From assembly GCF_009914755.1 (NCBI RefSeq), contig NC_060927.1: 64,000 bases of DNA, one strand, 5' to 3'. Made by a program: the position numbers and the translations under genes. The stretch is from the human T2T-CHM13v2.0 reference genome, Homo sapiens. Positions 14,323-33,988 of this stretch are shown here, piece by piece. Numbering within the stretch: the first letter of the stretch is position 1; the number at the start of each line of letters is the position of its first letter. The notes beneath the pieces are model-generated. The model saw only the letters and a list, made by a program, of their open reading frames with translations, was not told the origin of the DNA and searched no databases.

Positions 14323-14746
<424 letters not shown>

Positions 14747-15942
14747 CTAACTCTGACAAAACAAATCAAGAAAAATATAAGGTATAAGTGAACAATATTA
14801 CAGATGAAAAAGGAAAAGAAGATATAACTGCTGATAAAAATATTTAAAAATCAATAGGAAAATACTATAAACAGCTTTGTTACAATAAATGTAAAAATTA
14901 GATAAAAGAGACAAGTTTTTGGAAAATTATATATTACAAAAACTGACCTCAGGATAAATAGGAAACTAAATTGTCCTATATTCATTACATAAATTGTGTC
15001 AGTGTTTTTCCCTGCAAAGGAAATTTCAGATCCAGATTTTGAGTTTTTTTGAAAGTTTTACGGAACACATAGTTCCAAAAAACAGATAAATCCAATTTTA
15101 CACAAATTCAAATAATATTAAAATTTTGCTCCCTAGGTAAAACTGTGAGCTGAAAAAGTTTGTTTGACTTACCATTCTCCCTCCTAAAGCATAAACTATT
15201 TACCTAATATTACCTAAGCCTCTTTTTCTGCTCAGTTAGGAACTAGTCCTTTCCTTCTACCCTGCACCAAAACACAAAGCATGCACCAAAGCTTGAAGTC
15301 ACTTTGGAAAATAACTGGTACTAAACAGTCAGAATGCTGTTATTGCTGGAAATCAACCTGTAATGATGAGATTTCAGTGTGTCATAGTAAACTGGAGACA
15401 TATTTGGGAGATATTTCACTTTCACATTCAAACACTGAGATAAGTCACTAATTTTGTCGCCATTCCCCTATATTAGAGTTTTACAGTCTGATGGCATTAA
15501 TGACTGTCCAAATTCTCATTTTATGTTAAGTATGAATTTTAAAACATGTCCTTTTAGGAAATACTTATTTAAAAATTCAAAAGTTTCATTATGTTTACAT
15601 ATATATTTCTAAATTTTATAAAATTTTACTTCTTTAGTTATTACTGCTTTTTTATAACAATTGGAAGACTTAAATTTGATAAGTAAAGGAAAATTTCAAC
15701 CTCCAGAATGCTGGGAAATGAAAACTCTAAAACAATTCTATGCTGTGGAGCATTTAGGGTTATTCTTTCAATTTCCAGGATTTTAAGTATTTTATACAGT
15801 TGTTTCCAAAATGTGTTATTTACTTTTCATAAGCTATTAAAACAGTAGAAGATTAATCTTTTTCTAACATAGCAAAGAAAATTCACAATAGCAAAAACTA
15901 GAATGAAGAGATCTCACTTGCTGGCCAAATAATTAATACAAT

Positions 15943-16488
15943 TGTTACAGTCTTGCCAATGCACCACAATGTAGCAGTCTCTCATTGTGAAGTGTCAGGC
16001 TGGAGTTCTTTATCTCAGGACCAAGAGAATTAAGGAGCCTGGACACAAAGGCTAAGGTTGGAGCAAAAGTTTTAATAAGTGAGAGAAGAAAGAGCACTGC
16101 AGTGGGTAGGGGGCCCGGAAGTGGAAGTGGTTGCCGTTTTTACAGTTGAATGCAAAGGCTTTTATAAGAAAATGATGAGGCCTAGCATCTCATTTGCATA
16201 AGGAGCAAATTTCTGTCAGCTCCACCCCATCCTCCTAGTGTGCATGTGGGCCCTTAGCTTGAGTTACTTTATATAGCTTTGTTTCCCTTACTGTATATGT
16301 GTCAGGGGACAGAGTTTTCCATTGCAGGCATGTCTGAGCAAGTCACCTGTGTAGCCCTTCTTTAGCCAAGCCACACTGTGCAAGTTCTCTCATCTGTGCT
16401 TTCAGGCTGTTCTTTTGTTTGAAAGGATTCAACTGAGGACCCACCTAAACTGCCTGCCCGATGGTATATTTTTCTTCCTCCTCTCTCA
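15943..16488 (-). mobile_element. ERV1-class solo LTR
   Basis: TG...CA termini with 4-bp TSD CAAT (15939-15942, 16489-16492); GC-richer than the flanks. Confidence 0.75.
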
Positions 16489-16736
16489 CAATCTCATTTT
16501 GGTGTATATCCTTCTAATCTATTTCCTAAGCACAAAGTTTATTTTTTATTTTCATAAAGTTGAAATTATACCCTATAGTATTTTTACGTATATACTTAAC
16601 ATACTTTTATATTCACTTTCTAATATAACATGTACATTTTCCATGTTATTACATGTAGTATAAGTTATCTGAACAAATCTGTTTGTAAAAACTTGAAATC
16701 AATCCCAATTTTTTTATTATTTATAAACCTGCTTTT

Positions 16737-16955
16737 TAAAAATATTTTCTTTTTTTAATGCATACATTATTTTATTTGATCTGGTTACATGAGGTTACCT
16801 TTGTCATCCCCAGAATTTTATAGAGGAAGTTCAATTCAGTCTGAATGGCAGTGTCCTCATAGGTGTGTCCACCAAGTAGAGTGGCAAGGGCGTAGACTTG
16901 CTAAATCAGTGACTTTAGATAAGTTGTATAATCTCTTTGAAATTCAGGTTTCTCA
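16737..16955 (-). other. L1 3'-transduced segment (includes a MIR fragment and its own poly-A signal and tail)
   Basis: Lies between the L1 tail and the left TSD copy (AACCTGCTTTT, 16726-16736); minus-strand AATAAA at 16776-16771 followed 14 nt later by an A-rich tail. Confidence 0.8.
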
Positions 16956-23417
<6,462 letters not shown>

Positions 23418-24340
23418 TATAACCTGCTTTTAGCATTGAATGCCATATGAGTCATTATGGTATAACATTTTTACAACTTAAAATTTGTTAAAATTTTAAT
23501 CAGTTATAGTAATGAACAATAAGCACTTTCATTGTTCTTATTGAAACAAAACCAAAAGAAGTGAAGAAATGATTGTGTTCAATGATATATCCAACCTAAC
23601 AAAAATGCCCAGCACATATTTCATTAGTCCTAACATATTTTTTTTTCATTTAACATCATTGAATTTGGATTGCTTCTTATAATTGCCAGCATTTTTAGTT
23701 TAATTTGTGGAATTATTTCCTTCCTAGAAGGATATATAATAATAGTTCAAGATATACATCGCAATCTAGGACTAGGTGAAACACAATATTCTTAATAAAT
23801 AAAATAATGAAGCATAAACTTTTTTTAAGTATGATGAATATCTTGTGACAAACAAACTGAGATTTTACCTAAAATAATAAGGTTTACATTAGTGACAACG
23901 GAGCTTTAACATCAAAACAAACTTTTTCATATTTATTTTTCTAGTAGGACATCTGCCTGTTATGGTTCTTGGAGAATAAATAAGATCACATTAAAATGTC
24001 AACAATTCTCAATCATGGTTTAATTTACAGAGGTATTAGTAATTATCTATGAGTATTTTTCATTTAAGATAAAATGATCTAATAATATAGTTTTATTTGT
24101 AAACTTTCAGTATATTAAAACTATGCAAAGTATTTGTTGCTGTTAAGGACTAGCATAGTATCATTTTATAATAAATAGTAATTCAGGACACTTTTTTAAA
24201 ATCAAAATAATTATTTGAATATTTTTGGAAAGATGCCTTTTCTCTTATTTTTTTAAAGCATTTTGAACAGTACATCTGACAGTCCACTAGCTCCTCTTAG
24301 ACGTGGCTATCTAAACACAAGCCCTCCAATGAAAATACTG

Positions 24341-24639
24341 ATTATTATTATTGTTTTGAGGCAGAGTCTCATTCTGTCACCCAGGCTAGAATGCAGTGGC
24401 ACTATCTCAGCTCACTGCAACCTGTGCCTCCGGGTTCAAGCGAGTCTCCTGTCTCAATCTCCGGAGTAGCTGGGATTACAGTCATTGCACCACCACACCC
24501 GGCTAATTTTTGTATTTTTAGTAGAGAAGGGGTTTCACCATGTAGGCCAGGCTGGTCTCAAACTCCTGACTTCCGGTGATCTGCCCACCTCGGCCTCCGA
24601 AAGTGCTGGGGTTACAGATGTGAGCTGCCGCGTCTGGCC
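24341..24639 (-). mobile_element. AluS (Sx-like)
   Basis: Reverse dimeric Alu with (ATT)n-decayed tail; TSD AATACTGATT. Confidence 0.93.
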
Positions 24640-24962
24640 CAATACTGATTGTTTTTATTTCCTGACTAAATTCCAAAATGTCTTTTTTTTGCTAGTGCAG
24701 ACATTCTCCCATACTGGGGTAAATGATATTCTCCCATGGTTGCCTTCTCAATTAACTATTGAAAATGTTTAGTGTGTACTTTCACATAGAGAGTTAAATA
24801 CCGATGCAGGTGTCTATCATGAGGACATATTTCCAATCAATCCATATTTTACTAATGTTACATATTTTCATTAAGTAACATTATTTACTCATGGTGTTCA
24901 ATATTGTGAACACTAGGGAATTAAAAAGAAGACAAAATCCTTGTCCTCAAAAATTTCACAGT

Positions 24963-25640
24963 GTATGTTGGTAGGAATGTAAATCAGTGCAGCCATGGTA
25001 GACAACAGTGTGGAAGTTCCTCAAAAAATGAAAAATAGCACTACCATATGATCCATCAATCCCACCACTGGGTATATATCCAAAGGAAATGAATTCAGTA
25101 TGTCAAAGAGATATCTGCACTCTCATGTTTATTACAGCACCATTCACAATAGTTTATTCACTATTCACAACAACCAAGATATTGAATCAACCTAAGTGTC
25201 CACCAACAGATAAATGGATTTTTTAAAATGTGATGTGGTATATGTACACAATAGAATACTATTCAGCCATAGAAAGAAGGAAATCCTGTCATTTGTGACA
25301 AGATTGATGAATCTAGAGGACACTATGTTAAGTGAAATAAGCCAAGCACAGAAGGACACATACCACATGATCTCACTCATATGTAGAATTAAAAAAGTTG
25401 ATCTCTTAGAAATAGAGCATAGAATAGTGGTTACTAGAGACTGGGGAGAGTGGGGGTGGGAGTGGGGTAGGGGGTGAGGTTGGTCAATGGGTACAATGTT
25501 ACAGTTACACAGGAGGAATAAGTTGAGAATGGTGCATATGTCAATTACCCTGACTTGATCACTACACTATATATATATATAAACATCACACTATGCCCCA
25601 TAAATTTGTACAATTATTATGTAGCAATTAGATAAAAAAG
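24963..25640 (+). mobile_element. L1MA 3' fragment (5'-truncated)
   Basis: ORF2 C-terminus and 3' UTR (ccatatgatccatcaatccc; KEILSFVTRLMNLEDTMLSEISQAQKD). Confidence 0.85.
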
Positions 25641-25829
25641 CTTTAAATTTCACAATGCACTGAGAGAGAAAAATGAACAGAAAATTACAGCTAAGAGAAT
25701 GCCGTTAACAGAAGAATGCAAAAGAGAGCTTCAGAGGGTGTTGAGAAATTGTGCTTAAAAGAATGATATAATTCAGCCTAAATGGAAACTAATATTGAGA
25801 ATTTACTCTGCACCAAGACCTATGCCATC

Positions 25830-26315
25830 CATGAATTACCACAAGTTAGTGGCCTTAAAAAACACACAGTTTATTATTTTGCATTTCTCAAAGTCAGAAA
25901 TCCAAAATCAGATTCACTGGCTAAAATCAGGGTGTTGGCAGAACTGATATCTTCCAAAGTTCTCAGGCAAGAATCTGTTTCCTCCTCTTTTCCAGCCTCT
26001 AAAGATGGCCTTCATTCCTTGGCTCATGGCCCTTCTCTGTCTTTGAAGTCATCAGTATAGTATCTTCAAATTTCCCTCTGACTCTCTTACCTCTATTTTC
26101 CTCCTCCCACCTCCTTCTCTGTGTTTCTTGCCTCCCTTTCATATGTACCCTTGTGAGTACGCTGAACCTACTTGGATAATTAATGATAATCTTCATATTT
26201 CAGGATTATTAATACATCTGTAAAGTCTTTTTTGCTAAACATGGTAACATATTCACAGATTTAGTGGATTACAATGTAGTCATCTTAGGGGAAGCCATTA
26301 TCCAACCAACCACAG
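25830..26315 (-). mobile_element. MaLR LTR (MLT1D/E-like)
   Basis: aattaccacaagttagtggcctt...ggtaacatattcacag...caaccaaccaca. Confidence 0.7.
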
Positions 26316-26362
26316 CTCCATAATGAATTAAGGGATAAAGAAGGAAAAATGGGTTTTAGGAG

Positions 26363-26759
26363 ATTCTCTGGACTGAATTGTGTCCCCCCAGAATTCATAT
26401 TTTGAAGCTCTAACTTATAGTATGACTATGTTTGGAGATAGGATTTTGAGGAAGTAATTAAAGTTAACTGAGATCCTAAGGGTATGGTCCTAATCTGGTG
26501 ATAGGATTGTTAGCCTCATAGAAGAGAAAGAGAGAGATCCCTCTCTCTCCACACTCATGCACCTAGGAAAGACCATGTGAGGACACAGTGAGAAGGCAGC
26601 TGCCTACCAGCCGGGAAGAGAGCTCTTATCAGGAGCCGAACTGGCCAGCACCTCCATCTAGCACTTCCCAATCATCGGAACCTTGAGAAAATAAATGTCT
26701 GTTGTTTAAACCACCTAGTCTGTTGTATTTTGTTATGGCAGCCTGAGCAGACTAATACA
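26363..26759 (+). mobile_element. MaLR LTR (MLT1A-like)
   Basis: tggactgaattgtgtcccccc...aataaatgtctgttgtttaa...gactaataca. Confidence 0.8.
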
Positions 26760-27094
26760 GCAGATGACAATGAGATGGTCCTTACAAGACTTCCAGGATT
26801 CAAGGAAGAAGTCTGAGCTACAAATGTAGATTTGGGATATCACAGCCTAAAGACGATAGTTGGTGGTGATGAAAGACATTAACCTGAGATAGTATGTAGA
26901 TTGAAAATAGAATATAGCTGAGAACAGAACCATACATTACTAATAACACTACTATCCAATTCTCCAAATGTGCTCAGTAGCCTGATTGTGGGAGGAATGA
27001 CTAGCAGATGGTTGAATTTGTTTTAGGTTTCAATTGCAGGGTGTGTGTGGCCAAAGGGCAAGTGAAAGTGGGTGGTAGCAATAACATAAGCTGC

Positions 27095-27220
27095 CAGAGA
27101 CAGTGCTGGGTGTTTTATGTGCCTTTACTTCCTATCATTCTGTTAATCAGATAGTCATATTTTATAGATAAAGGAAACTGAGATTCGAAGACATTGAGTA
27201 AGTTTCCCAGGGTCACAAAA
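27095..27220 (-). mobile_element. MIR SINE remnant
   Basis: ttttatagataaaggaaactgagattcg...agtaagtttcccagggtcaca. Confidence 0.7.
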
Positions 27221-28949
27221 ATTTTTTTTATTACATTTGATTTCTAACAGGATTCTTCTGATGGAAGAAATGGAAAATCAATTTCAATAGTGCATTAAGC
27301 AGAGCTAGTTTTGAATTGCAAATGTTTTTTACTCTAAAGTGAAGCTCTTTCAATGTACCTCAAGGGAAGAAATCAGGTAGTATGAGAGGCCATCTGGTAG
27401 AGACTGATACACTAGGTCACAAAAACATTCTAGGGGTAGATGTATCAGTGAGTTTGAAAAGTTGAAACTATGAATAACAGTATTCAGTAAGTGAGTAATG
27501 TACTGGACTTCATGATTTCAGGTGAAGAGAAAAATTTAATCTCCTTGAGGACAGTGCTATATTTAGAGGCATGCTTTAGTGGAAAAGAATAAAAACTTGT
27601 TCAAAAGGAAAAATAAGCTATCTAATGTTTGAAATATGTGTGATTTGAAAAAAAATGATGTTTTTTTCTTAACTCACTCACTGAAGAAATCCTTAACCAC
27701 TGTATGATAAGAAAGTTAAAAAAAAAAAAACACCTCATTCTCAGGTCTTAAAGAAATCCTGCTTCCTGGCCTAGACCTTACGGACCTAGCAATGAAGGAT
27801 ATTCAGAGTGGCATATTTAACATGTTCTCTATGGTATCGGTATAATTTTAAAAGACTTAGTGGTTACAAGGAACTTTTCTAAGACTCACATAGCTTTACA
27901 AATATTTACACATTAATCTGTATCTCTCAAGAAGTAGATAGGTGGTAGGTATTTAACCAACTAACAATGATACTAAAGCAAGAAAAAGTAAAGCGACTTC
28001 CTCTAATGCCACAAAACAGTTAGGGGTGACACCAGAAATGGAAGCCCTAACTTCTAAGATCGTGTCCTGACAAATGCGTTGGTCTACTCCTCCTACTAAC
28101 AAGCCTTGTTAAGCATGAGAAATCTTGCATAATATTGAACCTCTCTGTGAAGTTGAATCAGAAGCATTAAAATATCAATTCAGCTGATGTTTGAAACTTG
28201 TAAGTTTTCTTTAAAATGTTCACTTTCATATGTAGAAGGTATGCTATATATCAGGAAGAAATCAGACAGAATTCATCATGAGAATACTGGCATTTCATCC
28301 TTGAATGACAAGCACTGAATACAGTCAGATGGGTGACTATCCAGATAACATTAATAATAACGGAATTTACTTTAAGACTTCAAGAGACGAATACACATCC
28401 GTCTAGAACTGAATTAAAAATCTAATGTTGTATGTTTTTTTCTCTATGTCTCTTCTTTTATAACTCCTTTATATGACATTTTAAAATATTTTTTCTGTTG
28501 CCTTTACACAATAGGAAAATGGATTTTATGCAGTTAAATTAAATAAAAAAGATGAAACTGAAGACAGGAATGCAAAAGATACTATGCAAATTTTAAAAAT
28601 GTTAACATATTGGAAAATTTCTTGACTTCTACATCTACCCTAGAATATCCCAGCTTTGGGTCTAGGTTGTTTTCCCCCCTCATTCATTTATTTCATTCAT
28701 GCAACAAATATTAAAAAGATATTTATTATGTACTAGGTGCTGTGGAAACAACAGAAAATAAAGACATTCAAGGCAGAACAAACCATGTCTTCATGGTTAG
28801 ATGGTCTTCTTGGTTAATCATGTCTTCATGACTTAGATTATAGGAGACATGATGGGATCGGCGGAAGTGTTGAAATGTGAAGACAGTTAATAAATAAATA
28901 GACAAGTTCAAAATGATATTCAAAAGTAATTTCAAATAACCAAAAAGTG

Positions 28950-29215
28950 TTGTGTAGTAAGTATATTAATACTCTCAAGCCAGAGTCCACTAGGAACACA
29001 CTACAGTTGAACAAATTGGGTTTATCACTTATTGAAGCAGGAGAAAATACACACCAGGAAGAACTATAGTGTGTGTCAGTAAGAGGGTGTTAGAAAGAAC
29101 CAATTATAGAATTTGGGCTTTTGATGGGTAATTTGGGAGAGGGACCAAAGAAGCAGGGGTTTGCTCTAGATTGAATGCTATCAGAAAGTAAAGGCAATTC
29201 TATGATTAGACGTCT
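28950..29215. mobile_element. ERV LTR fragment, probably continuing at ~39780-40090 after the L1 complex
   Basis: LTR-like text (aaattgggtttatcacttatt...gtgtcagtaagagggtgttagaaag) cut by the L1 tail; family not identified. Confidence 0.45.
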
Positions 29216-31655
29216 GGGTTTTTTTTTCTTTTTCATAAATGTTATTTTTAATTAACAATAATTTTATATATTAATGGGATGCAGTGTGATGTAATAGATG
29301 TGCATATTGTAGAATAACTAAATCAAGCTAATTAAAAAATTTGTTACTTCACATGCTTATTTTTGTGGTGAAAACATTTAAAATCTACTCTCTCAGCAAT
29401 TAAAAAATATACAATCATATTATTTATTACAGTTACCATTCTGGGCAATAAGATCATTAAAGCTTATTTCTACTGTCTAACTGAAATTTTATATACTTTG
29501 ATCAACACCTTCCCTTTCCCCACCGGTGCCCCCACCCCACACTGAATCTGGTAACCACCATTCTCCTCCCTTCTTCTATTAGTTCAATATTTTTAAATTC
29601 CACATCGGAGATCATGTGCTATTTGTCTTACTGTTTCTGGCTTATTTCACTTTCCATAATGTCCTCCATTCCATCCCTGTTGCACAAGTAACAGAATTTC
29701 CTTTTTCTTAAGGAGAATAGTACTCCAATGTGTGTATATACACCAGGTTTTATTGATCCATTCATCCAATAATAGACACCTATGTTGCTTCCATATCTTG
29801 GCTATTGTGAATAATGCTACAGTGAACATTGGAGTGCAGATAGCTCATCAGCATATTGATTTCTCTTTCTTTGGGTATATACCCAGAAGTGGGATTGATG
29901 GATCATATAGTAATTCTATTTATCTTGAGGAACCTCCATATCATTTTCCATAATTGCTGTATTCGTGTACATTCCTGCCAACAGTGCACAAGGTTTTCCC
30001 TTTCTGCACGCTCTCATGAACATTTGTTATCTTTTGTGTTTTTGACAATGGCCATTATATCAGGTAACATCTCCGTGTGGTTTTAAATTGCATTTTCCTG
30101 ATAATTAGTTATAGTGAGCATTTTTTATTCATATATCTACTGCCATTTGTATGTCTTCTTTTGAGAAGTGCCTATTGTAAATAGTGCTGCAATAAACATG
30201 GCGGTTCAGGTATCTTTAGACATACTGATTTTTTTTTTTCCTTTGGATAAATATCCAGCAGTGTGATTGCTGGATCATGTGGTCGTTCTTTTGTTTGTTT
30301 GCCTTTTTTTTTCTTTTTGAGAGATCCTCCATACTGTTTTCCATAGTGGCTATACTAATTTATATTCCCATCAACAGTGTATAAGTGTAACCGTTTTTCT
30401 GCATCCTCACCAACACCTATTATTTTTGTATTTATAATAAAAACCATTCTAACAGAAGTAAGATGATATCTCTTTGGGGGTTCTAATTTGCATTTTCCTG
30501 ATAATTAGTGACATTGAGCAATTTTTCTGATAGCTGTTGGCCATTTTTATGTCTTCTTTGCAAAATGTATATGCATATCCTTTGCCCACTTTTTAATAAA
30601 ATTATTTGTTTTTTTGTTTGTTTTGTTTTGTTTTTTGGGTTGTTTGAGTTCCTTGTATATTCTGGCTATAGGTCCCATGTCAAGTAAATAATTTTCAGAT
30701 ATTTTCTCCCATTCAACAGGTTTTCTCTTCACTCTGTTGATTGTTTCCTTTGCTGTGCAGAGCTTTTTATTTTAAATAGTACCATTTGTCTACTTTTCTT
30801 TTTGATGCCTGTGCGTTTAAGTACTAAGCCATACAAACTTTGCATAGCCCGGGATCCTGAAGTGTGTTCCCTATGTTTTCTTCTATTAGCTTTATGGCTT
30901 TGGGTCCTGCATTTAAATCTTTAATATCTCTAGAGTTGACTTTTGTATATGGTGAGAGATAGGGGTCCAATTTCTTTCTTCTGCATATGGATGTCCGATT
31001 TTTACAGCCTTGTTTATTGAAGAGGATATCTTTTCCCCAATGTATGCTCTTGGCACATCTGTCAAAACTCCGTCAGCTGTAGATATGTGTATATATTTCT
31101 GCATTCTCTATTCTGTTCCATTGGTCTGTTTTTATAGCAATACTATAATGTTTGGCTTAAAATAGTGTTATATCTTTTGAAGTCAGGTAGCATGATGCCT
31201 TCAGCTTTATTCTTTTGCTCAGGATTGCTTTGGCTATTTGAGCTCTTCTTTAATTCCACACTAATTGTAAAGCTGTTTTTTCTATTTCTGTGGCAAATTA
31301 CATTTTGATAGTAATTGCAATAAATCTGTAGATTGCTTTGGGTAGTACGGTCATTTTAACAATATTAGTCATTACAATCCATGAGCATGGGATGTCTTTT
31401 CATTTGTTTTTGTCTTCCTAAATTTCATTCGTCAGTGTTTTATGATTTTCCTCATAGAGATCTTTTATCTCCTTGGTTAAATTTATACCTAGATATTTTA
31501 TTTTATACATTTTAGCTTTTGAAATTACATTTCCTTGTTGATTTTTTTTCAGGTAGTTTATTATTGGTGTGTAGAAACACTGCTGATTTTTATATGTTGA
31601 TTTTGTATCCTGTAATTTTATTAATTTATTTATGTGATCTAAGAGTTTTTGATGA

Positions 31656-32041
<386 letters not shown>

Positions 32042-33097
32042 GTAGTGGTAGTAATTGAGACCTTTCTCTTCTACCAGTGGGTTTTATACGTTCATGTGTT
32101 TTTCTGATGGTAGATATCATCCTTTTGTTTCCAGGTGTAGACCTTCCTTAACTATTGCTTCTAGGGCCCGTGTAATAGTAATTAATTCCCTCTGCTTTTC
32201 TTTCTCTGAGAAAACAATGTATTTCACCTTCATTTATGAAGGATAACTTTGCTAGGTGTGGCATCTTTGGCTGCTAGTTTTATGTTTCAGAACTTTGAAT
32301 ATATCATCCTATTATCTTCTGGCCTGTAAGGCTTCTGCTGGAAATCTGCTGTTAGTATGATGGGATTTCCCTTATAAGTGACTGGACACTTTTCTTTTGC
32401 TGTTTTCAGAATTTCTTCTTTGCTTTGACTTTTGAGAGTTTGACTGTAATGTGCCGTGGAGAAGACCCTTTTCATTACATCTGTTTGGGGATCTCTAAGC
32501 CTCCCATGTCTGGATGTCTAAATCTCTTGCTAAACTTGGGATTAAGTTATTATTTCATTACATAGTTTTCTCTCCTTTCGGTATTGTCTTCACCTTCTGG
32601 AACATTGAAAATTTGAATATTTGGTCACTATATGGTGTCCCATATGTCACATAGCCTTTATTATTTTTTATTGTTTTATCTTTATTTTTGTAGACTGGTT
32701 TTTGTGAAAAGACCTATATTCAAGTTCTAAAATTCTTCTTCTTGATCTAGTCTATTCTTGAACCTTTTGAATGTATCTTTTTATTTCATTCAATTACTTT
32801 TTTAATTCCAGGATTTCTGCTTGGTTCTTTTTTTATAATATCTATCTCTTTGGTAAATTTCTTTTTCATATCCTGAATTGTTTTTCTGATTTCTTTGTAT
32901 TACTTATCTGTGTTCTATTGTATCTCATTGAGCTTCTTTAACATCATTATTTTTCTCTGATTTTATAAATTTCTTTTTTTTTTTGGAATTTGTTGCTAGA
33001 GAATTATTGTGTTCCTTTGGAGGTGTCATATTTCTTTGCTTTTTCATGTTTCTTGTGTCTTTACATTTATATGTGTGCATCTTGTATAAAAGCCACT

Positions 33098-33478
33098 TGT
33101 ATTAGTTCATTATCATGCTGCTAATAAAGACATACCTGAGACTGGGTAATTCATAAAGGAAAGTGGTTTAATTGACTCATAGTTCAGCATGACTGGGGAG
33201 GCCTCAGGAAACTTACAATTATGGTGGAAGAGGAAGTAAATATGTCCTTCTTCTCAAGGCAGCAGGACAGAGAATAATGAGAACCAAGCCAAAAGGGAAG
33301 CCTCTTGTAAAACCATCAGATCTCATGAGAACATGAGAACTTACTGTCTATCATGAGAACAGCATGGGGAAAACCACCCCCATTATTCAATTACCTCCCA
33401 CTGGGTCCCTCCCATGACACATGGGGATTATGGGAACTACAATTCAAGATGAGATTTGGATGGGGACATAGCAAACCA
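33098..33478 (-). mobile_element. THE1 MaLR LTR
   Basis: tgtattagttc...aataaagacatacctgagactggg...gggtccctcccatgacacatgggg...gagatttggatggggaca. Confidence 0.88.
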
Positions 33479-33717
33479 GATGGCAAGCTCTGGCCCTGTG
33501 GTGGCGGAATTAGGTTGGGTAAGCTTGTACTCACGTTCCCCCATGGGGCATGACAGTGCACCCAAATTCAGAGGGTTGGGTGATGTGAGTTTAGGTCTCA
33601 TGCCCCTGAATACAAGGAGTTGAAAGCTGAAATGGTCAATATGATCTGCAAAAGTGTAGGATAGTGACTACCAAACTGTCTTCTGGAGAGCCTTTTTCAA
33701 AAAAAAAAAAAAAAAAA

Positions 33718-33988
33718 AGACAAGGTTTTGCTCTGTTCCCTGGTCTGGAGTGCAGTGACATGATCATAGCTCACTGCAGCCTCAAACTCCTGGGCTCAAG
33801 TGATCCTCCCACCTCAGCCTTCTGAGTAGCTGGGACTACCTTTGCCACTACACCCAGTTATTTTTTGTTTTTAAAATGGTCTTACTATGTTGCTCAGTCT
33901 GGTCTCCACATCCTTTCCTCAAGTGATCCTCCCACCTCAGCCTCTCAATTAGCTAGGATTACAGGCATGAGACACCATGCCCAGCTGG
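33718..33988 (-). mobile_element. AluJ
   Basis: J-type diagnostics atcatagctcactgcagcctcaaactcctgggctcaagtgatcctcccacctcagcc. Confidence 0.88.

Noticed and set aside
28781-28856. Short repeated catgtcttcatg motifs with a partial inverted copy
   Set aside because: About 20-bp imperfect units, consistent with ordinary slippage; no further structure.
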